This document shows positions 1 through 8,130 of a stretch of DNA of 30,158 nucleotides, one piece after another. The DNA comes from Candidatus Methylomirabilia bacterium (GTDB taxonomy: Bacteria > Methylomirabilota > Methylomirabilia > Rokubacteriales > CSP1-6). Numbering within the stretch: the first letter of the stretch is position 1; each line of letters begins with the position of its first letter. The stretch spans positions 1 through 30,158 of the forward strand of contig JBGQHJ010000048.1 of NCBI GenBank assembly GCA_041497895.1, given 5' to 3'. The position numbers and the translations under genes are program-made. The notes beneath the pieces were generated by a model that had not been told where the DNA came from, ran no database searches, and saw nothing but the letters and a program-made list of their open reading frames with translations.

Positions 1-663
1 GATCTCGAGGGCCAGGCTGCCGAGCCCGCCGGTGGCGCCCCACACCAGCACCACGTCGCCCTTTTCCACCGTGTGCGGCTCCCAGCCCATCAGCATGCGG
101 TACGCGGTGGAGGCGCACAGGAGGAAGCAGCCCGCCGCCTCCCAGGTGAGGCGCTTCGGCTTGGCGATGCACTGGTGCCCCTGGGCGCGGGCGAACTGGC
201 AGTAGCTGCCGTAGTTGGTCTGGTAGCCCCAGATGCGGGTCGACTCGGCCAGCATCGGGTCCTTGCCGGAGAGCACCCACGGATCGTCGGGCCGCCACCA
301 GCCGCTGTGGACGATGACCTCGTCGCCGACCTTGACGTTCTTGACGTCCTTGCCCGCGGCCCACACGATGCCGGAGCAGTCGCTGCCGCCCGCGTGGAAG
401 TCCTCGGGCTCGCCCAGCTTCTGGCGCTCCGCGATGACGTCGAGGGGCTGGCCGAGCGCGGCCCAGACGTTGTTGTAGTTGATGCCCGAGGCCATCACGT
501 AGATCAGCACCTCGTCGGGGCCGATCGTCGGCGTGGGCAGCACCTCGCGCTTCCACGCATCGCGTGGCTGGCCGAAGCGGCTCTGTCGCACCGCGAAGGC
601 GTGCATGCGCGCCGGCACTTCGCCGAGCGGGGGCTTGTCGCCCAGGTCGTAGAGGTCAGCCAT
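1..663 (-). CDS. ccr: Crotonyl-CoA carboxylase/reductase-like MDR enzyme, N-terminal 221 aa, runs off the window edge
   Basis: Not in the ORF track; translated by hand from ATG 663 (RBS GGAGG): MADLYDLGDKPPLGEVPARMHA...VMASGINYNNVWAALG...HAGGSDCSGIVWAAG...RIWGYQTNYGSYCQF...TAYRMLMGW...VLVWGATGGLGS. These are Ccr-family motifs. Confidence 0.85.
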   Translation of the reverse strand, partial: MADLYDLGDKPPLGEVPARMHAFAVRQSRFGQPRDAWKREVLPTPTIGPDEVLIYVMASGINYNNVWAALGQPLDVIAERQKLGEPEDFHAGGSDCSGIVWAAGKDVKNVKVGDEVIVHSGWWRPDDPWVLSGKDPMLAESTRIWGYQTNYGSYCQFARAQGHQCIAKPKRLTWEAAGCFLLCASTAYRMLMGWEPHTVEKGDVVLVWGATGGLGSLALEI

Positions 664-680
664 GGATTCCTCCGGGTGCC

Positions 681-1490
681 TTACTTGCCCTTGAAGTCGG
701 CGCGCTTGCGCTCGGCCGCGGCCCGGAGGCCGACCTTGCGGTCCTCGGAGAGGAGCGGGCCCGAGGCCTGCGCCGTCTCCCAGTCGAGCCAGGTGCGCAT
801 CTCGCCGTAGTAGGTGCCGTTGATGGCGCGCTTGGCCGCCTGCACGGCCAGCGGCGCGTTGGCCGCGATCTCGGCGGCCAGCTCGGCCACGCGGGTCCCC
901 AGCTCGCCGGCGGGATGGACGGCCTGGACCAGCCCGATCCGGAGCGCCTCCGCCGCGTCGAAGCGCCGCGCGGAGTAGATCAGCTCCTTGGCCTTGCCGA
1001 TGCCCACGGTGCGGGGGAGGCGCTGGGTGCCGCCCATGTCGGGCACCAGGCCGAGCTGCACCTCGGGGATCGAGAACAGCGTGCCCTCCGCGGCCAGTCG
1101 CACGTCGCAGCAGAGCGCGAGCTCGAGCCCGGCGCCCATGCACGCGCGCTGGATGGCCGCGATGACCGGCACCCGGAGCGACTCCAGCGCCGAGAACGAG
1201 GCCTGGTGCCCCGCCAGGTGCTGGCGGATGCGCGCCACCGCCTGGCCGGGGGACATGTCCTCCAGCGTGGTGCTGAGCGTCGAGCCGGCCTTCACGTCGA
1301 GCCCGGCGCAGAAGCAGCCACCCGCGCCCATCAGCACCGCCACGCGTACGTCGGGCGCCGTGTCGACGACCTGGCAGGCCTCGCCGATGCCGTGCCACAT
1401 CTCGTTGTCGAGCGCGTTCAGGCGCTCGGGCTTGTTCAGCATGATGGTGGCCACGTCGCCCTTGATCTCCACCTGCACCTTGTCGGTCAT
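681..1490 (-). CDS. Enoyl-CoA hydratase/isomerase (crotonase) family protein
   Basis: LNKPERLNAL, FCAGLD oxyanion motif, GAGLELALCCD, PEVQLGLVPDMGG; RBS GAGG before ATG. Confidence 0.93.
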   Translation of the reverse strand: MTDKVQVEIKGDVATIMLNKPERLNALDNEMWHGIGEACQVVDTAPDVRVAVLMGAGGCFCAGLDVKAGSTLSTTLEDMSPGQAVARIRQHLAGHQASFSALESLRVPVIAAIQRACMGAGLELALCCDVRLAAEGTLFSIPEVQLGLVPDMGGTQRLPRTVGIGKAKELIYSARRFDAAEALRIGLVQAVHPAGELGTRVAELAAEIAANAPLAVQAAKRAINGTYYGEMRTWLDWETAQASGPLLSEDRKVGLRAAAERKRADFKGK

Positions 1491-1504
1491 CTTGTCCTCT
1501 TCTC

Positions 1505-1585
1505 CCCCTCACCCTGCCCTCTCCCCCTCCGGGGGCGAGGGTTCTCGAAACCCTCTCCCCTCAGGGGAGAGGGCAGGGTGAGGGG
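1505..1585. repeat. Inverted pair of BoxC/REP-like palindromic units
   Basis: 22-bp perfect inverted arms CCCCTCACCCTGCCCTCTCCCC (1505-1526) and GGGGAGAGGGCAGGGTGAGGGG (1564-1585). Each unit is also a CCCTCTCCCC...GGGG(A/C)GAGGG hairpin. Confidence 0.9.
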
Positions 1586-2602
1586 TTATCCGTTGAACGC
1601 CCGCACCATCGCGGGCAGGCGTGGATCGTTCAGGTCTTGCTGGTACGGCTGATAGAGCCCGGTGCGGTCCAGCAGTCCGTCGTACCGCTCCATGATCTTC
1701 GCGTGCAGGTTGTCGTAGGTCGCGGTCACCGCGTAGGTGTCGAGCATCTCGTCGGTGATCAGGTCGGCCATGCCCTTCCAGTCGCCCTCCACCGACTTGC
1801 GGTGGAGCTGGCCGGTCAGGTCCTGCCAGCCGTGGGCGGCCAGCACCGGGGTGTAGGTGCGCGTGGAGCCGTAGAAGGCGATCTGCTGCTTGACGGTCTG
1901 GGCCTGGGCGGCCCGCTCCTTCTCGGTGTCGCCCACCACCGCGAACGTGGCCGTCGCGTAGGTGAAGTCCTTGCGGGGCCGCCCCGAGCGCTTGAGGCCT
2001 TCCTCCACCGCCGGGTGCACCGTCTCGCGGAGGTACTTGGGCGAGTTGAACGGGTGCACGTGCATGCCGTCGCACAGCTCGCCCGCGATGCGGCACATCA
2101 GCGGGTTCACCGCCGCGATGTAGATCGGGATCCTCGGGTGCTCGATCGGGCCCGGGTTGAAGAACGGCGTCATCACGTCGAAGGTGTAGAACTGCCCCTT
2201 GAAGTTGAGCTTGGTCCCGTTCTGCCAGCAGTCCCAGATGGCGCGAATGGCGCGGATGGCCTCGGCCATCTTGGGGCCGGGCGACTCGAACTTCACCGAG
2301 AAGCGCCGCTCGTTGTGGGCCTTCACCTGGGTGCCGAGCCCCAGGGCGAAGCGCCCGCGCGAGGCCTTCTGCAGGTCCCACGCGGTGTGGGCGGTGATCA
2401 TCGGGCTCCGCGAGAACACCGTCGCGATGTTGGTGCCGAGCTTGATCCGCGAGGTGGACGTGGCCGCGACGGCCAGCGGCAGGTAGGGGTCGTGCTGGGT
2501 CTCCGACGACCACAGGCAGTCGTAGCCCATGGCCTCGACCTTCCGCGCGTAGTCGGGAATGCTCTTGAGGTCGTGGGTCAGCATGGACACGTCGAGCTTC
2601 AC
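1586..2602 (-). CDS. LLM class (luciferase-like) oxidoreductase, probably F420-dependent (Rv1360-like)
   Basis: SETQHDPYLPL, LGTNIA, GRFALGLGTQVKAH, QQIAFYGSTRTY motifs; GTG start with AAGGAG RBS. Confidence 0.88.
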   Translation of the reverse strand: MKLDVSMLTHDLKSIPDYARKVEAMGYDCLWSSETQHDPYLPLAVAATSTSRIKLGTNIATVFSRSPMITAHTAWDLQKASRGRFALGLGTQVKAHNERRFSVKFESPGPKMAEAIRAIRAIWDCWQNGTKLNFKGQFYTFDVMTPFFNPGPIEHPRIPIYIAAVNPLMCRIAGELCDGMHVHPFNSPKYLRETVHPAVEEGLKRSGRPRKDFTYATATFAVVGDTEKERAAQAQTVKQQIAFYGSTRTYTPVLAAHGWQDLTGQLHRKSVEGDWKGMADLITDEMLDTYAVTATYDNLHAKIMERYDGLLDRTGLYQPYQQDLNDPRLPAMVRAFNG

Positions 2603-2634
2603 GGGCGCTCTCCTTTGACCGGGAGTCTACCGCA

Positions 2635-2669
2635 CCCTCTCCCCTCTGGGGAGAGGGCAGGGTGAGGGG
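2635..2669. repeat. Third BoxC/REP-like unit, in the divergent promoter region
   Basis: CCCTCTCCCCTCTGGGGAGAGGGCAGGGTGAGGGG, 34/35 identical to 1551-1585. Confidence 0.9.
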
Positions 2670-2685
2670 CTGGTATAACGATACC

Positions 2686-3909
2686 GTGCCCTTCTACCGA
2701 GGCTGGGCCGTCGTCATCGCGTGCGGCATCATCGCCGCCTTCTCGTGGGGCCTGGGCTTCTATGGCCTGGGTGTCTACCTCCACGCGCTCAACCACCTGC
2801 ACGGCTGGTCCACCGGCCTGATCTCGGTGGCGGTGACGCTCTACTACGCGCTCAGCGCCGGCTGCCTGGTGGTGGTGGGCGGCATCATCGATCGCCACGG
2901 CCCTCGGGGCGTCCTCACCTACGGGGTCCTCACCATGGCGGGCGCGGTCGCGCTCCTCGGCCTGATCACGGCCCCGTGGCAGCTCTTCGCGGTCTATGTG
3001 GTCATGGCGACGGCGTGGTCGTGCCTCGGCTCGACCGGGCTCAGCAGCACGCTCTTGCCCTGGTTCGGCCGCCGCCAGGGCCTAGCACTGACCCTTGCGC
3101 TCACCGGCGCCAGCGTGGGCGGCATGGTGCTGGTGCCGATCCTGGTCGCGCTCGTGCAGCGGCAGGGCTTCCGGTTCGCCACCGCCGCGGTCGGCGTGGC
3201 CCTGCTCGCGATCGGCCTGCCGCTCGTCTGGCTGGTGATCGGCCGGCGGCCGACTCCGGTGCAGGTGGCGGCCGAGCTTCGACGCGACGGCGGGGGTGCG
3301 CCCGGGCGGGAGGGGTCGCCGGAGGCGAAGGTGTGGACGCGCCAGGAGGTGCTGCGCGTGCCGCGGCTCTGGACGTTGATGGTGCCGTTCGCGCTGGCCC
3401 TGGCGGCGCAGGTCGGCTTCCTCGTCCACCAGATCAGCGTGCTCGAGCCCTACCTGGGCGAGAGCCGCGCCGCCCTGACCGTGAGCGCCACCACGGTGGC
3501 CGCACTGCTCGGCCGGATCGCCATCGGCCTGCTCTCGGACCGCGTGGACCTGCGCAAGCTCTCCGCGGTGAACATCGGCGCGCAGGGCGCGGCCCTCGCG
3601 GTGATGGCCGCGTGGCCGTCGGCGACCGTGCTGGTGGGCGCGAGCCTCGTCTTCGGCCTGGGCGTGGGCAACCTCATCACGTTCCCGCCGCTGCTCGCCC
3701 GCGAGGAGTTCGGCCAGCGCTCGTTCGGGACCGTGTTCGGCCTGGTCGGCGCGGCCACGCAGGCCGGCGTGGCGCTCGGCCCGGGCCTGATGGGCCTTCT
3801 CCACGACGCGCTGGGGAGCTACCAGACCGCGCTCTGGTGCCTGGTGGCGCTCGAAGGGGTGGCCGCGGCGTCCGTGCTCGGGGGGCGGGGCGTCGGCGAC
3901 GATCCGTGA
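2686..3909 (+). CDS. MFS transporter (OFA/MCT-like)
   Basis: About 12 hydrophobic segments; FYRGWAVV N-terminus; MFS motifs GGIIDRHGPR and GLLSDRVDLR. Start moved to GTG 2686 because the track start lies inside the repeat. Confidence 0.9.
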   Translation: MPFYRGWAVVIACGIIAAFSWGLGFYGLGVYLHALNHLHGWSTGLISVAVTLYYALSAGCLVVVGGIIDRHGPRGVLTYGVLTMAGAVALLGLITAPWQLFAVYVVMATAWSCLGSTGLSSTLLPWFGRRQGLALTLALTGASVGGMVLVPILVALVQRQGFRFATAAVGVALLAIGLPLVWLVIGRRPTPVQVAAELRRDGGGAPGREGSPEAKVWTRQEVLRVPRLWTLMVPFALALAAQVGFLVHQISVLEPYLGESRAALTVSATTVAALLGRIAIGLLSDRVDLRKLSAVNIGAQGAALAVMAAWPSATVLVGASLVFGLGVGNLITFPPLLAREEFGQRSFGTVFGLVGAATQAGVALGPGLMGLLHDALGSYQTALWCLVALEGVAAASVLGGRGVGDDP

Positions 3910-3934
3910 TATACCCTCCGCAAAGGAGGGCGCC

Positions 3935-4600
3935 ATGGCCAAGAAGGGTACCGGGCTCCTGATGGTGTGGGCCGACGTTCCGGCCGACAAGGAAGACGAG
4001 TTCAATCGCTGGTACAACGAGGAGCACCTGCCGGAGCGGATGGCGATCCCCGGCTTCCTCGGCGGCGCCCGCTACGAGGCGGTGAAGGGCGGGCCGAAGC
4101 ACCTGGCCTGCTACGAGCTCGAGAGCGCGGCGGTGATGGAGAGCCCCGCCTACAAGAAGGTGCAGGGCAACCCCACCCCGTGGACCAGGCGGATCGGGCC
4201 CCAGGCCATCGGCACCCCGTTCATCCGCAACATCTACACGATGATCCATCCCCAGACGCTGCCGTCCGGTGTCGCGGCCGCTCCGATGGCGCCGGCGCTC
4301 CAGATCGGGCGCATGGACGTGCCGCCCGCGGCCGATCGCGAGTTCAACGAGTGGTACAACACGGTCTACGTGCCGAACTACGAGAAGGTCCCCGGGGTGA
4401 TCCGCGGCCGGCGCTACCGCGCGGTGGAGGGCACGCCCACCTACCTGACGCTGTACGAGTTCGAGCACCCCAAGGTTTCGGAGAGCGCGGCGTGGAACGC
4501 CCAGCGCGACGCTAGGCCGGTGAACGCGAAGATGCGGGCACACATGAAGCACGCGCCCGGATCGCCCGGGATCTACGTCAAGACCGTCGAGCTCAAGTAG
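3935..4600 (+). CDS. Tandem two-domain EthD/DUF4286-like dimeric alpha-beta barrel protein
   Basis: Two copies of DVPxxxxxEFNxWYN...PG...RYxAVxGxPxxLxxYE; strong AAGGAGG RBS. Confidence 0.75.
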   Translation: MAKKGTGLLMVWADVPADKEDEFNRWYNEEHLPERMAIPGFLGGARYEAVKGGPKHLACYELESAAVMESPAYKKVQGNPTPWTRRIGPQAIGTPFIRNIYTMIHPQTLPSGVAAAPMAPALQIGRMDVPPAADREFNEWYNTVYVPNYEKVPGVIRGRRYRAVEGTPTYLTLYEFEHPKVSESAAWNAQRDARPVNAKMRAHMKHAPGSPGIYVKTVELK

Positions 4601-5467
4601 TCACTCCTGCGCGGCGCCGCGGACGCCCTGCATCTTCGGGTCGAGCAGATCCCGCAGCCCGTCGCCGAAGAGGTTCAGCCCGAGGATGCAGGCCATGATG
4701 GCGGCGCCGGGGAACAGGGTGAGCCACGGCGCCTGCTGGAGATAGAGGCGCCCCTCCGCCATCACGTTGCCCCAGGACGGGATCTGGGGCGGCACCCCCA
4801 CGCCCAGGAACGACAGGGCCGCCTCGCCGAGGACCGCGGCCGCGAAGATGAACGTGCCCTGCACGATCACCGGCGACAGGCAGTTCGGCAGGACGTGGCG
4901 CGCCAGCACGACCAGGTCGGACACGCCGAGAGCCAGCGCGGCCTCCACGTACGGGGTCTCGCGGATCACCAGCACCGAGCCGCGGACGATGCGCGCCACC
5001 CGCGGCACGTACACGATCCCGAGGGCCAGGATCACGTTCACCACGCTCGGCCCGAGGGAGGCCATCAGGGCGATGGCCAGGATGATGCCCGGGAAGGCCA
5101 TGAACCCGTCCATGATGCGCATCAGCACGTTGTCGAGCGGGCGATAGTAGCCGCCGAGCAGGCCGAAGACGATGCCGCCCACGAAGGACAGCAGCACCAC
5201 CGCGCCGCCCACCACCATGGAGAGCCGGGTGCCGTGGACCACGCGGCTCCACACGTCGCGCCCCACGTCGTCGGTGCCCATCCAGTGGGCCGGCGTGGGC
5301 GGAGCCAGGCGGGCCTGGACGTCGAGACGCTGGGGCTCCCAGCGCCCGATGACGGGCGCGAGGATCGCGACCAGCACGTTGAGCGCCACCAGGATCGCGC
5401 CGACCAGGGCGATCCGCCGCCGCCGCAGGAGCGAGAGCCAGCGCCAGCCCGCCACTCCGGCGCTCAC
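4601..5467 (-). CDS. Peptide/nickel ABC transporter permease (DppC/OppC-like)
   Basis: C-terminal part of the 1060-aa track ORF: HWMGTDDVGRDVWSR, ARIVRGSVL, YVEAALALG, RHVLPN, EAALSFLG. GTG 5467 overlaps the upstream stop (GTGA). Confidence 0.93.
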   Translation of the reverse strand: MSAGVAGWRWLSLLRRRRIALVGAILVALNVLVAILAPVIGRWEPQRLDVQARLAPPTPAHWMGTDDVGRDVWSRVVHGTRLSMVVGGAVVLLSFVGGIVFGLLGGYYRPLDNVLMRIMDGFMAFPGIILAIALMASLGPSVVNVILALGIVYVPRVARIVRGSVLVIRETPYVEAALALGVSDLVVLARHVLPNCLSPVIVQGTFIFAAAVLGEAALSFLGVGVPPQIPSWGNVMAEGRLYLQQAPWLTLFPGAAIMACILGLNLFGDGLRDLLDPKMQGVRGAAQE

Positions 5468-6408
5468 TGGTAGCGAATCCGCGGGTCGACCGTCAGGTAG
5501 ATCAGGTCGACGGCCAGGTTGATCAGGGTGTAGGTGACCGCGATGACCAGCACCACGCCCTGGATCACCGGGTAGTCGCGCCGCAGCACCGCGGAGATGA
5601 TGAGGCGCCCCAGCCCCGGGATGTTGAAGACGGTCTCGATGACCACCGCGCCCCCGACCAGGATCGCGAAGGTGATGCCGATCACGGTGAGGATGGGGAT
5701 GATCGCGTTCTTGAGCGCGTGCTTGTAGACCACGACCCGCTCGGCCAGGCCCTTGGCGCGGCCGGCCAGGATGTACTGCTCGCGCAGCACGTCGAGCATG
5801 CTCGAGCGGGTGATGCGCGCGATGAGGGCGGACTGCACGAGCCCGAGCGACACGCTCGGCATGAGCAGCGAGCGGGCGTTCGGCCAGAGGCCCACGTCGA
5901 GCGACACGTAGCCCGCCACCGGCAGCCAGCGCAGCCAGACCCCGAAGACCAGGATCATCACGAGGCCGAGCAGGAAGTTGGGGATCGAGAGGCCGACCAG
6001 GGCCAGCCCCATGAGCGACTGGTCCACCGCCGAATTGTGGTAGCGCGCGGAGACGATCCCGGCCGGCACGCCGATCAGCACCGCGATCAGGGTGGCCCAG
6101 CCGGTGAGCAGCAGGGTGGGCTCCAGGCGCTCCACGATCGCCTCGGTGACCGGCCGGCGCAGGAAGATGGAGTCGCCCAGGTCGCCTCGCAGGAGGCGCC
6201 CGTACCAGCGCAGGAGCTGGGCGGGCAGAGACTCGTCGAGCCCCAGGTGGTGGCGGAGGCGCGCGATGTTCTCCGGCGTCGCGTCCGGCCCCGCGATGAT
6301 GCTGGCGGGGTCGCCGGGGGCCAGGTGGACCAGCACGAACGTCACGGTGGCCACCACGAGCATCACCGGGATCACCGCCAGCACCCGGCGCAGCAGGTAG
6401 GTCCGCAC
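5464..6408 (-). CDS. Peptide/nickel ABC transporter permease (DppB/OppB-like)
   Basis: YLLRR, PGDPA, GDLGDS, ARITRSSMLDVL, KHALKNA, ETVFNIPGLG, RDYPVIQG. Confidence 0.95.
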   Translation of the reverse strand: MRTYLLRRVLAVIPVMLVVATVTFVLVHLAPGDPASIIAGPDATPENIARLRHHLGLDESLPAQLLRWYGRLLRGDLGDSIFLRRPVTEAIVERLEPTLLLTGWATLIAVLIGVPAGIVSARYHNSAVDQSLMGLALVGLSIPNFLLGLVMILVFGVWLRWLPVAGYVSLDVGLWPNARSLLMPSVSLGLVQSALIARITRSSMLDVLREQYILAGRAKGLAERVVVYKHALKNAIIPILTVIGITFAILVGGAVVIETVFNIPGLGRLIISAVLRRDYPVIQGVVLVIAVTYTLINLAVDLIYLTVDPRIRYQ

Positions 6409-6414
6409 GCCTCC

Positions 6415-7980
6415 CTACTTGGCCAGCCAGCTGTTCCAGAAGTACATGCGCGGCGCGGTGCGGAAGTCTCCGCGCAGATCGCGGCGCGCGACGTCCAGGG
6501 TGAAGTAGTCGCCGAGCTTGACGCTCCCCACGTCCTCGTAGAACACGGTCTGGATGCGGTCGATGATGGCCTTCCGCTTCTTGAGGTCGTTCTCGCCCTG
6601 CAGCTCCGCGAGCAGCCGCTCCTTCTCCTCGTTGCACCACCAGCCGTTGAACGTGCAGCGGAGGGCGACGTGGTTGGCCGGGTCGGCGGAGAAGACGAAG
6701 CCGGTCGAGAAGACCTCCCAGAGGTCCGGCTTCTCGGTGCGGTTGTTGAGCGTGGCCCAGTCCACCACCTGGAGATCGATCGCGATCCCCACCTCCTCGA
6801 GCTGCTGCTTGGCCACGAGCGCGTTCTTGTACATGAACTCGTACTCGCGGGTGGTGACCCAGCGGAGCGGCTGCCCGGCGTAGCCGGCCTCCTTGAGGAG
6901 GCGGCGCGCCTTGTCCTTGTCCTTCTGGTTGTAGAGCTTGGCGCCGGCGGTCGAGTGCCACGGCTGCTCCGGGAAGAACACGCCGGGGTCGAGGCGGTAG
7001 AAGTCGCGCGAGCCGAAGCCCGCCACCAGGATCGGCTCCATGTCGAGCGCGGCCTGGAAGGCCTGGCGGAGCTTCTTCTGGCTCATCAGCGGCGACTTGT
7101 GGTTCATGACCGCCACCGCCCATCCGCGCGGCTTGACGATCCGCGACTCGAGGGCGGGCAGGCTCTTCACCCGCTCGTAGGAGTCCTGCTTGACGAACAT
7201 CGCGTGGTGGTACTCGCCGGTCTCGACCCCGGCCAGGCGCACCGCGGTCTCGGGCACGGTGAGGAACAGGATCTCGTCGAAGTACGCGGTGCGCTTGCCC
7301 CCGAAGCCGTTCGGCGGCTCGGAGCGGGCGCTGTAGTCCTTGAAGCGGGCCAGCTTGATGTGGCGGTCCGGCCGGTGCTCGACGAAGCGGAAGGGGCCGG
7401 TGCCGATGAACTCCTTGAGCTGGCCCTCGCCGGCGGCCTCGATGCTCTCCTTCGGGTAGATGGCGGCGTGCGGCTCGGAGAGCCCGTAGATGAGCGAGCT
7501 CGACGGCTGCTTCATGCTGATCACGACGGTGTACGGGTCCCTGGCGTCCACGCTCTCCACGTACTTCCAGAGCACCCGGCCGACCGAGGCGACCCGCCCC
7601 CAGCGCTTGAGCGACGGCACCACGTCGGCCGAGGTCATCTCCTTGCCGTTGTGGAACTTGACCCCTTTGCGCAGCACGATGGTGTAGCGCAGGCCCTTGT
7701 CGGTGAGGGTGTAGGAGTCGGCGAGCAGGGGCACCGGGTTGAAGCTCTTGTCGTAGGTGAAGAGCGACTCGTTGACGTGCCACATGATCTCGTAGACCAG
7801 CGTGGCGGTGCTCATCGGGATGTCGAGGGTCGGCGGCTCCCCGATCGACGCGACCTTGAGCACCCCGCCCATGCGCGGCGTCTCCTGGGCGGCGGCCGGC
7901 GGGGCCGCCACGATGCCCACGAGCAGCGCGACGAGGGCGACCATCATCCCGAGGCAGGGCCAGCGCGAGATCCGGTTCAT
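6415..7980 (-). CDS. ABC transporter substrate-binding protein, family 5
   Basis: ATG 7980 with AAGGAG RBS; Sec signal peptide (MNRISRW...AAAQ); PLLADSY, LRKGVKFHNG, IGTGPFRF motifs. Confidence 0.93.
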   Translation of the reverse strand: MNRISRWPCLGMMVALVALLVGIVAAPPAAAQETPRMGGVLKVASIGEPPTLDIPMSTATLVYEIMWHVNESLFTYDKSFNPVPLLADSYTLTDKGLRYTIVLRKGVKFHNGKEMTSADVVPSLKRWGRVASVGRVLWKYVESVDARDPYTVVISMKQPSSSLIYGLSEPHAAIYPKESIEAAGEGQLKEFIGTGPFRFVEHRPDRHIKLARFKDYSARSEPPNGFGGKRTAYFDEILFLTVPETAVRLAGVETGEYHHAMFVKQDSYERVKSLPALESRIVKPRGWAVAVMNHKSPLMSQKKLRQAFQAALDMEPILVAGFGSRDFYRLDPGVFFPEQPWHSTAGAKLYNQKDKDKARRLLKEAGYAGQPLRWVTTREYEFMYKNALVAKQQLEEVGIAIDLQVVDWATLNNRTEKPDLWEVFSTGFVFSADPANHVALRCTFNGWWCNEEKERLLAELQGENDLKKRKAIIDRIQTVFYEDVGSVKLGDYFTLDVARRDLRGDFRTAPRMYFWNSWLAK

Positions 7981-8027
7981 GGGCAGTCTCCTTGTGAGGG
8001 GTGCCGGGCGACGGTCTAGGGTGTCCC

Positions 8028-8057
8028 CGAGTAGCATCCCCTCGCGGTGGCTGTCAA
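8028..8057 (-). promoter_or_regulatory. Putative sigma70 promoter for the ABC operon
   Basis: TTGACA-18 nt-(TGc)TACTCG on the minus strand; weak -10. Confidence 0.45.
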
Positions 8058-8080
8058 GGTGCGCGGGGAGCGGGCACGGC

Positions 8081-8109
8081 TTGACAGCGGGCGCCTCAGC
8101 GCCTACGGT
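8081..8109 (+). promoter_or_regulatory. Putative sigma70 promoter for the GMC oxidoreductase gene
   Basis: TTGACA-17 nt-TACGGT, followed by AGGAGG and ATG 8131. Confidence 0.65.
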
Positions 8110-8130
8110 CGGCCTGCCAGGAGGCCCGCC

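Noticed and set aside
73..810. Plus-strand ORFs at the left end
   Set aside because: Antisense shadows of the minus-strand ccr-like gene, which the track missed because it has no stop in the window.
1505..2669. CRISPR array
   Set aside because: Only three copies with mixed orientation and no regular spacers or cas genes.
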